The notes beneath the pieces are model-generated. The model made no database searches, had not been told where the DNA came from, and worked only from the letters and a program-made list of their open reading frames with translations. Made by a program: the position numbers and the translations under genes. From the NCBI GenBank assembly GCA_965262955.1, contig CBDHGE010000001.1:3730272-3794271 (forward strand): a DNA stretch of 64,000 nucleotides, written 5' to 3'. Shown here in pieces: positions 29,048-37,768 of the stretch (the stretch's first letter is position 1; each line of letters begins with the position of its first letter). The DNA comes from Candidatus Poribacteria bacterium. GTDB taxonomy: Bacteria; Poribacteria; WGA-4E; WGA-3G.

Positions 29048-29077
29048 TTGACAACCATTAACAAAATAGATTATAAT
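29048..29077 (+). promoter_or_regulatory. sigma-70-type promoter
   Basis: TTGACA-18 bp-TATAAT upstream of 29092. Confidence 0.65.
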
Positions 29078-29091
29078 TAAACAAGACTTTT

Positions 29092-29841
29092 ATGCAGACG
29101 GAGGTAACCGCCGTGCGAAAAATAGTTATTTTTTCTTACCTGATAATGTCGGTTCTGCTATTGTGCCAAGTGAGCGATGCGAAACTCCTCGTAGCAGACG
29201 AATTTAAGGGTAAGCTCAATAATAAATACTGGAAGGGCCAAGACGAGTCTTGGGAGGTGAAAAACGGTAGACTGGAAATCCACAGAGTGGGTGGAGATGG
29301 CAATGGAGCCGTTGACTTTGGATATGGGTTGATAGAATTTGCAGATTTTGGATTGCGCCTTGATTTTCATTTGCTCGTTGATCCTTTTGCGAGTAAGATG
29401 GAACTCCTGTTTCGTGCTAACGTAGACTATCATTTCTATCAATTAATTATCACACCTGCTGATGGTGCCGGTCGTCCGAATTCCGCACGCTGGTACAAGC
29501 GCGAAGGAAACGATCGCGGTACATGGAAAGAGTATCGTGAATTGAGAGCGGAATTCCCTTTTGAGGTGCTATCGAAACAGTGGTACACGATCGCATTACT
29601 TGGGCAAGGTAATACTTTCCAGCTCTATATCAAAGAACAGGGTGGCCTTACCTATGAAAAGGTCATTGAGTGGTCGGATCCGAAAAACCTCCATCCCAAA
29701 GGAGTCCTCGGCATCCATACCAATCAGCTCCAACACTACTACATCGACAACCTTTTTCTTTACGATAACCCGCGCGAGGTTAACCTCGCCGTTGAACCTG
29801 AAGGCAAACTTGCCTTAACATGGGCAAGTCTCAAACAGTAA
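29092..29841 (+). CDS. Secreted ConA/DUF1080-like protein with C-terminal KLAxTW tail
   Basis: Signal peptide, beta-rich core ending YIDN; ends AVEPEGKLALTWASLKQ. Confidence 0.7.
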   Translation: MQTEVTAVRKIVIFSYLIMSVLLLCQVSDAKLLVADEFKGKLNNKYWKGQDESWEVKNGRLEIHRVGGDGNGAVDFGYGLIEFADFGLRLDFHLLVDPFASKMELLFRANVDYHFYQLIITPADGAGRPNSARWYKREGNDRGTWKEYRELRAEFPFEVLSKQWYTIALLGQGNTFQLYIKEQGGLTYEKVIEWSDPKNLHPKGVLGIHTNQLQHYYIDNLFLYDNPREVNLAVEPEGKLALTWASLKQ

Positions 29842-29930
29842 GGACGCCAACTTCAAGGAACCTTACTGTTTCGCAGAATCGATTTTGGCGCGAAAAAGCG
29901 TTGTCGCTGATCTACACATCGTTAAATCAC

Positions 29931-29972
29931 GCTATAAGGTTTCCCAGATTTAGTTGGAGGAAACCTTATAGC
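29931..29972. repeat. Intergenic palindrome (REP-like)
   Basis: Perfect 14-bp stem GCTATAAGGTTTCC / GGAAACCTTATAGC. Confidence 0.65.
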
Positions 29973-30130
29973 CTCCCTTGTGTCTCTGGCTATAAGTTAG
30001 GGCACTGTTTAAACTTTCCAAACGCAAAAGCGTCTAATTTTAAGCCGCTTTTTACGTGTGATGCGCTTCAGTCCAGTTTACAAAACATAACAGATACGTT
30101 CAGTTACCCCAAAAAGGAGATTCAATTCAC

Positions 30131-31003
30131 GTGAAAAATCTTTTCCTAATTTCAGCACTCACTTTATCGCTTCTTGCTCTCGCTTTGACAGGTGCGTTTG
30201 CAGCAGACTTGGCAATTTACTCGGGACCGACGAATTCGGGGTGGATTTCACAAGGAGCTGCCATCGCGAACGCTGAAGAGATCATGAATGACGACCGGAT
30301 GAAAGCCATTTTCGCGACTATTAACAACTACGGGGATGGCGACGAAGTCGGTTATGATTCCCCGTTAGGCATGTGGATGCAAGAACATACTGGGAACGGG
30401 CAGCAGGATGTTTTCATTGCTGCATCGGGGACCGCACCAAGTGCTGTCTATCAATTTCCGAACGTAGATCCGGACGGCTCTAATATCGAAAATTTCATTG
30501 AAGATGGGAACGTTTTCATCAACGTTGCAGATTGGCTCCTGTATATGAGCTATGAAGGCGGCTCACGGAGTGCTGATAACGGTGCTGCCGGAGCTGCGAA
30601 TGTTTTTGACATTCCCGGACTTAACTTCGGAAACCGCGGCGGACCTTCGGTACCCACAGCTGATGGGACGAAATACATTCCATCGTTAGAAGAGTTTGAT
30701 TCTGACAGACCATGGCATGTTGAGCAGTTCGACGGCACAGATTGGGAAATCACCGCCTTTGCTGTCTCAAACGATGATCCAAACACCGCTGATCCAGCAG
30801 TTGCTGTGAATACAACATACGGTGGTATTATCGCCGCAATGTGGCAGAAAGCGCAACCTGAATGGGACGGACCCGATCCACGCGCGAGTGGTGTTATTGA
30901 GTTCATTGCCAACTGGCTGATGGAACATGGGGATATTGCAACCCCGGTAGAACCTCAAGATAAAGCAGCGACAACTTGGGGCAGAATTAAAGCCGGGCAA
31001 TAG
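30131..31003 (+). CDS. Secreted hypothetical protein with TTWG tail
   Basis: RBS AAGGAG, signal peptide (AFA); ends PVEPQDKAATTWGRIKAGQ. Confidence 0.8.
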   Translation: MKNLFLISALTLSLLALALTGAFAADLAIYSGPTNSGWISQGAAIANAEEIMNDDRMKAIFATINNYGDGDEVGYDSPLGMWMQEHTGNGQQDVFIAASGTAPSAVYQFPNVDPDGSNIENFIEDGNVFINVADWLLYMSYEGGSRSADNGAAGAANVFDIPGLNFGNRGGPSVPTADGTKYIPSLEEFDSDRPWHVEQFDGTDWEITAFAVSNDDPNTADPAVAVNTTYGGIIAAMWQKAQPEWDGPDPRASGVIEFIANWLMEHGDIATPVEPQDKAATTWGRIKAGQ

Positions 31004-31091
31004 TTGTTTTTCAACTAAACTGGGGTGGTACTAATGTGCCATCCCAACAATTAACACACTGATGGCAACCCAAAAGGAGGTATTGCACATC

Positions 31092-31958
31092 ATGAAAGTC
31101 TATGTAAGTATAGCCATCTTCGCTCTCCTGAGTTGTGTGGCTACAGTTTCAGCAAACGATTTGGCATTTTACTCAGGACCCACCAATCCAGGTTGGATCT
31201 CTGATGGCGCAGTTGCCGAAAATGTCAAAGCGATCAAGGACGACGCAGGTATCAAAGCACTGTTTAATAGTATTGAAGACTTTGGCGATGGTGATGAAGA
31301 AGGCGACGGTTCGCCACTTGCCAAATGGTGTGTGGAACACACAGGCAATGGTCAACAAGACGTTATTATCCTCGCTTGTGGCACCTCACCAAGTGCTCTT
31401 TATCCATTTCCAAACAAAAAGCCAGATGGTTCCAATGTAGAAAACTTCGTTGAGGAAGGCAACGTCGTCATTAACGTGGCAGACTGGATTTTCTACATGA
31501 GCTATGAAGGTGGCGTTCGGAGTCCAGACAACGGTGCAGCAGGTGCAGCAAATGTCTTTGACATCCCCGGGCTTACCTTCGGTAACCGAGGTGGACCGCA
31601 ACAGCCGACGGCTGCAGGGAAAAAATACATCCCTTCAATGAAAGAATTTCAGTCATCTCGTCCGTGGCATCTCGAACAGTTTGATGGCTCAGATTGGGAT
31701 GTAGTTACCTTTGCTGAAGCCGATAAAAACACCGCAGATCCAGCAGTCGCAATCAGCAAATCACCCGGCAAAGATGGTACCGGTATGATTGCAGCAATGT
31801 GGCAAAAAGCCGCACCGGTTTGGGAAGCCAAACCTGACATCCGCGGCGTTGGAGTTACTGAATTTATTAACAATTGGCTGACAGAGAACGGCACCTTTGA
31901 TGTTGAAGCCAAGAACAAGTTGGCGACAACCTGGGGTTCACTCAAGCAGGGTCGCTAA
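31092..31958 (+). CDS. Tandem paralog of 30131..31003 with TTWG tail
   Basis: Shared YMSYEGG.RS.DNGAAGAANVFDIPGL.FGNRGGP block; ends VEAKNKLATTWGSLKQGR. Start at MKVY chosen from the RBS (ORF track starts at 31062). Confidence 0.8.
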   Translation: MKVYVSIAIFALLSCVATVSANDLAFYSGPTNPGWISDGAVAENVKAIKDDAGIKALFNSIEDFGDGDEEGDGSPLAKWCVEHTGNGQQDVIILACGTSPSALYPFPNKKPDGSNVENFVEEGNVVINVADWIFYMSYEGGVRSPDNGAAGAANVFDIPGLTFGNRGGPQQPTAAGKKYIPSMKEFQSSRPWHLEQFDGSDWDVVTFAEADKNTADPAVAISKSPGKDGTGMIAAMWQKAAPVWEAKPDIRGVGVTEFINNWLTENGTFDVEAKNKLATTWGSLKQGR

Positions 31959-32113
31959 TTTCGTACATCTTATCGTTGAGGCAACATTGAGCTGTCTTGA
32001 CATCCTTCTATAAGAAAATGCTTCTGTGTCGCTTGACGGTGTAGAGGCATTTTCTTTTTTCTACGCAACTGACACGTCGAATTCCTATATCCCGATTCCA
32101 CTCACATCCGCCC

Positions 32114-33097
32114 ATGGAGGAATTTACGATGAAATACCTTCCCATAAAACTCGTTTGCATTATCGCTCTTGCGCTGTTGTGCCAGCATCTTTGCTCAACT
32201 TTAGTAAATGCCGCTACTACTGGAGAAATAGCCTTTACGTCCACCCGTGATGGTAATTCGGAAATTTACGTCATGAATTCCGATGGCAGTAGAGCAATGA
32301 ATTTAACGCGACACCGTGCTGAGGATATGGATCCTACTTGGTCGCCGAATGGAGAGCAGATACTATTTGTCTCAGATCGCGATGGTGTGCGAGATCTTTA
32401 CCTAATGGATGCGGATGGAAAAAATGTTCGGCGTGTTTTCCGCAAAAAAGCACATAGAGAACAGCCAGCCTGGTCCCCCGATGAGAAACTGATTGTGTAT
32501 ATAGAGCCTGAAGAGCACGCCCTAATGACCTACTCGATAAGAAAACGCTCTGAGAAGCGCTTGGGATGGATAGACAGAAAGCGTGGGCATCCAGCTTGGT
32601 CTCCTGATGGAACAGAGATAGCCTACGATTGGATGGGGAGTGCCAGCATTCGTCTCATTAACTTAAGGACTGACACCATAACAGTGCTCCTTCCAGAAAG
32701 AAAATTCGCGATGTGGCATCCAGCTTGGGCACCTACTGAGAACAAAATCGCTTTCGCGGGTCTCAAGTGGCCCAAAAATCATGTAGGTCCGCTGAGAATA
32801 GACGATAAAATGACGCTTTACGTTGCGGACCGAGGTGGGGCTTGGGTAAAGGAGATTGTCAAAGAGCCAATTGTTAGCCATCCAACTTGGTCTCCAGACG
32901 GTAGTGAGATCCTTTATGAAAAACGCGTTGACAACCGAAGACAACTCTTTAAGGTCGATTCGGAACGCGGAAAACCGCAACAACTCACTCGCAGTGGGGC
33001 AAATTACATGGCGGATTGGATCAATAGTCCAGGGTTATCTGTTGAGCCAACAAGCTCCTCACTGACAACAGTATGGGGAGAAATGAAGCGAAAATAG
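32114..33097 (+). CDS. TolB-like PD40 beta-propeller protein with TVWG tail
   Basis: IAFTSTRDGNSEIY and repeated P.WSPDG; ends SVEPTSSSLTTVWGEMKRK. Confidence 0.88.
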   Translation: MEEFTMKYLPIKLVCIIALALLCQHLCSTLVNAATTGEIAFTSTRDGNSEIYVMNSDGSRAMNLTRHRAEDMDPTWSPNGEQILFVSDRDGVRDLYLMDADGKNVRRVFRKKAHREQPAWSPDEKLIVYIEPEEHALMTYSIRKRSEKRLGWIDRKRGHPAWSPDGTEIAYDWMGSASIRLINLRTDTITVLLPERKFAMWHPAWAPTENKIAFAGLKWPKNHVGPLRIDDKMTLYVADRGGAWVKEIVKEPIVSHPTWSPDGSEILYEKRVDNRRQLFKVDSERGKPQQLTRSGANYMADWINSPGLSVEPTSSSLTTVWGEMKRK

Positions 33098-33137
33098 TAT
33101 CACCCAAACCTGTTAGATAAAACATACGAGTTGGATG

Positions 33138-34121
33138 CTATTTGGACGACTTGGCTTTCATCTTGCTCCAAGTCGTTGTTAACAAATGCGGTTGAGGTGA
33201 AACAGGTAAGGCAAACGCTGGATCAAACCAATCCCCTACATAATGCCAGAATCCCGGAGGCGTGAGTTGTACGGGGATTCCATTCGCTAAAGAGACTTTG
33301 AACATCTGCAAGTCCCGGTTCTTATCAAATGCATGGAAAAGAAGCGTGTCCCCAGACGGGGACCAACTCGGTTCCACGGCGCGACTGACCGTTTCATCAA
33401 TGACCTGCCGAACGCCTGTCCCATCCCGATTAACAATGTAAATGGTTTCCGCGTCCATATTTCCAGGATTTTTAGTCCAGGAAAACGCGAGTTTGTCTCC
33501 AGTTGGAGCCCACGCTACATGTCGCACCCAGTCAGGGGCTTGGGGCGGAAAGAAAAACCTGTGTTTACGCGTCTGCACATTGAGAATGCTAATACGCTTT
33601 GGATCTCGCGGTCCGCCTTCAATAAAGGCTATCTCCTTGCCATCCGGCGACCACGAAGGTTGACTTCCAATTATCACGCGCTCTTCCTTCTTCCCATTTA
33701 TTGGAGCGATATAGATGTAATTTATCCCCCGCTCCCAGCGCGTGTAAGCAATCTGTTTCCCATCGGGCGACCAGACAGCGGATCTTCTGTCCTTCGATTT
33801 TGCGAAAATTCTCCGCACATTCGAGCCATCAGCATCCATCAGATATAGATCCCAGCTGAGCGGGGACCGATCACGATCTGAGTTAAAAAGAATCTGTTCA
33901 CCGGTGGGTGACCATCTGGGACCGACATCCATTGCAGGATGATGAGTTATCCTCTCCATCCCGGAGCCATCGGGGTTTATCAAATAGATGTCCCGATTCT
34001 TATTGCGAGCCGTCATGAACGCTATTTTAGCGGTCGCGGGTGTTTGTGCCAAAATAGGACAAACATTCGCGCTGAACAATATTAGGCTGAGAATACAAAG
34101 AATGTATACACGTCTCATCAT
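33138..34121 (-). CDS. TolB-like PD40 beta-propeller protein with TTTW tail
   Basis: Repeated WSPDG/WSPTG; ends PVSPQPHLLTTTWSKMKAKSSK; start at MMRRV after GAGG. Confidence 0.88.
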   Translation of the reverse strand: MMRRVYILCILSLILFSANVCPILAQTPATAKIAFMTARNKNRDIYLINPDGSGMERITHHPAMDVGPRWSPTGEQILFNSDRDRSPLSWDLYLMDADGSNVRRIFAKSKDRRSAVWSPDGKQIAYTRWERGINYIYIAPINGKKEERVIIGSQPSWSPDGKEIAFIEGGPRDPKRISILNVQTRKHRFFFPPQAPDWVRHVAWAPTGDKLAFSWTKNPGNMDAETIYIVNRDGTGVRQVIDETVSRAVEPSWSPSGDTLLFHAFDKNRDLQMFKVSLANGIPVQLTPPGFWHYVGDWFDPAFALPVSPQPHLLTTTWSKMKAKSSK

Positions 34122-34204
34122 AATTTCCTCAAGGTTCAAAATCTGAATGCGGATGCGCAAGATCTCTACTGTTTAACCATATATGTCATTGTTTACATCT
34201 ACTG

Positions 34205-34891
34205 CTACCGAATATGGCTATAGAGCCTCGCAAGTCTCTCTGTAGAAATGCCAAGAAAATAGAGCAAAGTAATAAACCAGTTGTTCAGTGTTGTTCGGAC
34301 AATCCCCCTCGCTTCCCACCGCCGTGCGGAGATATGAATACACGGCGTAAGCAGTATCGTCTTACCCAGTCGTCGCAACCCTTTTGAAAATTCCATCTCT
34401 TCCAGAATCGGGACATCCGGGAAACCCCCAATTTTCTCAAAATCCATCCGAGCGAGGAAAATACCGCTATCGCCATAAAATACCTTTAGGTATCTACCCC
34501 GAATGTCCCCTGCTAACTCAATCAGACGATATAGGACATTCTTTCCATCAATCTTCTGACGGAACCCACCACCGACGTAACCTGAAGATATTGCGGTCGC
34601 TACCGCTGCAAATGCCCCCGATTCAAGCCAGATATCTGCGTGTAGGAAGATTAGGATGTCGCCAGTCGCTACTGCCGCGCCGGTATTTAACTGTTTTGCT
34701 CTGCCACGCTCCGACGGAACCACTTTCCCATATTTTTCTGCAATCTGAACTGAGGGGTCAGTACTTCCACCATCTACAACGATAAGTTCATGATGTTCCA
34801 ACTCAGGTTGAAGCTGAGAGAGCGTTTCCTCCAAAATCTTCGCCTCGTTCAGAATCGGAATGATAACTGAGATCCTTGGTAATGTCTCCAT
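34205..34891 (-). CDS. GT2 glycosyltransferase, TIGR04283-like
   Basis: SVIIP.LNE, VVDGGSTD, GRA.Q.N.GA, FLHAD, YGD and SARRW motifs. Confidence 0.88.
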   Translation of the reverse strand: METLPRISVIIPILNEAKILEETLSQLQPELEHHELIVVDGGSTDPSVQIAEKYGKVVPSERGRAKQLNTGAAVATGDILIFLHADIWLESGAFAAVATAISSGYVGGGFRQKIDGKNVLYRLIELAGDIRGRYLKVFYGDSGIFLARMDFEKIGGFPDVPILEEMEFSKGLRRLGKTILLTPCIHISARRWEARGIVRTTLNNWFITLLYFLGISTERLARLYSHIR

Positions 34892-34898
34892 AGGCGAA

Positions 34899-36668
34899 CT
34901 AAATCGGTGTTTGCAAAAACTGATTCAGAGCAAGTATCGGAAAAACAGATGCATAAATCGGATCCGCGTATCCACCGATGATTTCCCAATAAATGCCGAC
35001 ACACTGCTCATGCCATGAACCGTCGTCTCGCTGATGCTTGAGTAGAAAGGTTATCCCATCTTGAACTGCACGTTTTTCCGGGGCAGCAAGCAAAATCGCA
35101 TAGGTACTCCACGCTGTCTGCTCCACTGTGCTTTCAGTCGGATTCCCGAACATGTCCTCTCCCCAACCGCCATCGGTGTTTTGGCTACGTTCCAACCATT
35201 CAACACCACGTCCGACCTCAGGTGTGTCTTTCAACCCAACTTTGACAAGCGCAATAATAGCGCATGCCGTCCCATACGTGTCTTTCGCCAACCAGAGATC
35301 TCGCCAGTATCCGTCTCGATTGATTTGTTTGCGGAGCCAATCAATTCCACGATTCATTTCGCGCTGCATATCAGGTTTATCAGCCACATCACTCCGATCC
35401 AATTCAAGCAATGCTTCAATCGCATGTGCTGTGATGCTGACGCATCCGACATCTCCCTCTCCTGGTTGATATGTGCTCCAACCCCCATCGCGAGTTTGCT
35501 GTATCTTTAGCCACGCGGTCCCGCGGCGAATTGCATCATCTACAGCGTCTCGGTCAGTTGGTTCGCTCACACGAAGCGAGCGGATGAGTGCTAAAGTACC
35601 GAGTGCCGTATCGTCCGCATCGCTCGGCAGTGTACTGTCGTCCAGTCCTGAAAATGCCCAACCTCCATCACTGTTTTGGTGTTTCACGAGCCATTCCGCT
35701 GCACGTTTCACGCTATCAGTTAGCTCAGCATCCAACGGCACATCACCGTCGCTGATCGAATGTACCTCTGTTAAAGCCATGATACTCAAAGCGGTATCCC
35801 AAACGTTCAGGTTCAACGCCTCTCTGCATCCGCCATCAGGGTTCCTTGTGGTGCGGAGCCAATCAAGACCCCTCGCAATAAATGCAGCGGTGTCTTCATT
35901 TGGTTCCCATTTTTTCTGCAATTCGATGAGTGCCAAAACAGAGAGTGCTGTAATATAGTTCACCCGAAACCAACTTCCATCGCTAAGGACACGCGATTTC
36001 AACCAAGTAACGAGCGAATCAATCATTTCAGGACGCCTGGCTGTGTTCAGCTCAATCATAATGAAAACAGGGACGAGCGTATGCTGCTCAGCAATGAAGA
36101 GCGCATCGAACATCGGAGTATTAAACATCGCCACAGGGGGCAAGCGATGCCGCGGTGGTTTCAACCGACTCCCAAGCAGAGGAATCTTTGTCAATTGCCT
36201 CGCAAGTTTCATAAGTGGCAGTGCTTTTTCTGAAAATGTAAGTTCATTCCAATCGAACTGATTAAAAGCGGCGTAAGCCAACTTAACCAAAGCAAGGTGC
36301 GGAGGAAATTCTGGGATAGATGCCAATAGGTTTTGGAGCGACTCGTCTGATGAACATTGATGCGTCTGTTCCAGAATTAAGCGGACGAATCGGGTTGCTT
36401 CTGCGTTCGATATGTTTGCAATATCTAATCCCCATCCGCCATCTTTGTTCTGATTTGCAACAGACCATTCAATTAGATCAGGATCTGGCGTTTCATCTCG
36501 CGCCAGCTGAATCCAAGCGTAGGCACAAGTCGGGAACGTACTTGAAGAGAGCTGTCCTTCAAAAACACCATCCTCGCGCTGTTGCGTGAACAAAGCGGTA
36601 ATGCCGCGTGTTAAAGCAGATTTAACTTGTTCTGTCATACTTTTCACCAAACAACAAGGTTTTTCCAC
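34899..36668 (-). CDS. Squalene-hopene-cyclase-like class II terpene cyclase
   Basis: Several QW repeats (QNKDGGW, QNSDGGW, QRDDGSW), VWDTAL, catalytic DADDTA (DxDD). Confidence 0.85.
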   Translation of the reverse strand: MEKPCCLVKSMTEQVKSALTRGITALFTQQREDGVFEGQLSSSTFPTCAYAWIQLARDETPDPDLIEWSVANQNKDGGWGLDIANISNAEATRFVRLILEQTHQCSSDESLQNLLASIPEFPPHLALVKLAYAAFNQFDWNELTFSEKALPLMKLARQLTKIPLLGSRLKPPRHRLPPVAMFNTPMFDALFIAEQHTLVPVFIMIELNTARRPEMIDSLVTWLKSRVLSDGSWFRVNYITALSVLALIELQKKWEPNEDTAAFIARGLDWLRTTRNPDGGCREALNLNVWDTALSIMALTEVHSISDGDVPLDAELTDSVKRAAEWLVKHQNSDGGWAFSGLDDSTLPSDADDTALGTLALIRSLRVSEPTDRDAVDDAIRRGTAWLKIQQTRDGGWSTYQPGEGDVGCVSITAHAIEALLELDRSDVADKPDMQREMNRGIDWLRKQINRDGYWRDLWLAKDTYGTACAIIALVKVGLKDTPEVGRGVEWLERSQNTDGGWGEDMFGNPTESTVEQTAWSTYAILLAAPEKRAVQDGITFLLKHQRDDGSWHEQCVGIYWEIIGGYADPIYASVFPILALNQFLQTPI

Positions 36669-37450
36669 TATTGTTTAAGAGATCCCCATAAAAGGGGCAA
36701 AGTCAATTCGGTGTATTCGACCGCCTGTGGTGCCTCCAAGTTTGGACTCAGCACATCGGCTTCCCTGGCGATCTCGCTAATTCGGACTTCGTCTATTAAT
36801 CCCTTCCACTTAAACTGCCGTGTGTTCTTGCTGCCGATGATCACATCGTATCCGCCACTCACCAGTTTGCCGCCATGATTCGTTGAACTAACCTCTTTTC
36901 CATCAATATAGAGTTTTATCTGATTGGAGTCGTAGGTGCCGGCGATGTGTTGCCACTCCTCCAGTTCTAACGGTTTTGGAGCACCAGCGAAGGCAACACC
37001 TTTGTCGGTATTAATGTGAAATTTGGTGATGCCATCCTGAACGCCTAAGTGATAGGCACCCGGAGGACCATCCCAGTTCGTAAAGATGAGTCGCCAACTA
37101 CTCAGGTCTTCGGGATAAACCCAAGCTTCGATTGTAATCTCAGTTTTCGGTATAAGGACTTTTGCTTCACCGAGAGAGATTACCGTATTGCCATCAAAAA
37201 CGAACGATTTACCTGGTTTGTTCTCTTTGTTCCAATCTTGGTTCGCGTCCCAGACGGCTTTCCCTTCCACATCACCTTTGACACCATTATCGGATGTGTC
37301 ATCTACACTGTCCCCATCAAAATGCCATAAGCCGAGTGTCGCCTCATCGGGAAGATATTCAAACCCATCAGCAGCAAAACTCAGTCCGACGATCGAAAAG
37401 GAGAGAAACCCACACGATAAAATTGTGAATCGCCATTTAATTAAATTCAT
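36668..37450 (-). CDS. Secreted LamG-like jellyroll protein with LWG tail
   Basis: TIEAWVYP, WQHIAGTYD, LYIDG, GLIDEVRIS; ends LTLPLLWGSLKQ. Confidence 0.88.
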   Translation of the reverse strand: MNLIKWRFTILSCGFLSFSIVGLSFAADGFEYLPDEATLGLWHFDGDSVDDTSDNGVKGDVEGKAVWDANQDWNKENKPGKSFVFDGNTVISLGEAKVLIPKTEITIEAWVYPEDLSSWRLIFTNWDGPPGAYHLGVQDGITKFHINTDKGVAFAGAPKPLELEEWQHIAGTYDSNQIKLYIDGKEVSSTNHGGKLVSGGYDVIIGSKNTRQFKWKGLIDEVRISEIAREADVLSPNLEAPQAVEYTELTLPLLWGSLKQ

Positions 37451-37563
37451 ATCCTATTCCTGCCATAGCACTAAGTGTTGATGTATAGTTTAGCACGTAA
37501 ATCCTATAGTCGTCAAGGTGCCGCCAACAAATTCCGATTCAGATAATTTATCCACCGAATTCC

Positions 37564-37619
37564 AACTGCTAATTACTAATTGCTAACTGCTACAACTAAC
37601 GACTTATAACTTATAACCA
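37564..37619 (+). repeat. Degenerate heptamer tandem repeat
   Basis: AACTGCT AATTACT AATTGCT AACTGCT ... ACTTATAACTTATAACC. Confidence 0.55.
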
Positions 37620-37654
37620 AAAACCAAGGACCCCTAATTGATGCATGTTCACCA

Positions 37655-37684
37655 TTGACTGCAACCACCCAAATATGTTATAAT
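37655..37684 (+). promoter_or_regulatory. sigma-70-type promoter with extended -10
   Basis: TTGACT-18 bp-TATAAT with TGn, upstream of the TonB-dependent receptor. Confidence 0.55.
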
Positions 37685-37768
37685 TGCTCCAATGAAAGCA
37701 AATGAACCACAATAAGATCCACAATTAATAACACACTCCGAACATGAATCCTTGCCAGCAATAGAGCG

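Noticed and set aside
34205-34891. Arsenosugar biosynthesis locus
   Set aside because: No arsM/arsS-type partners nearby; the GT2 family label alone is insufficient.
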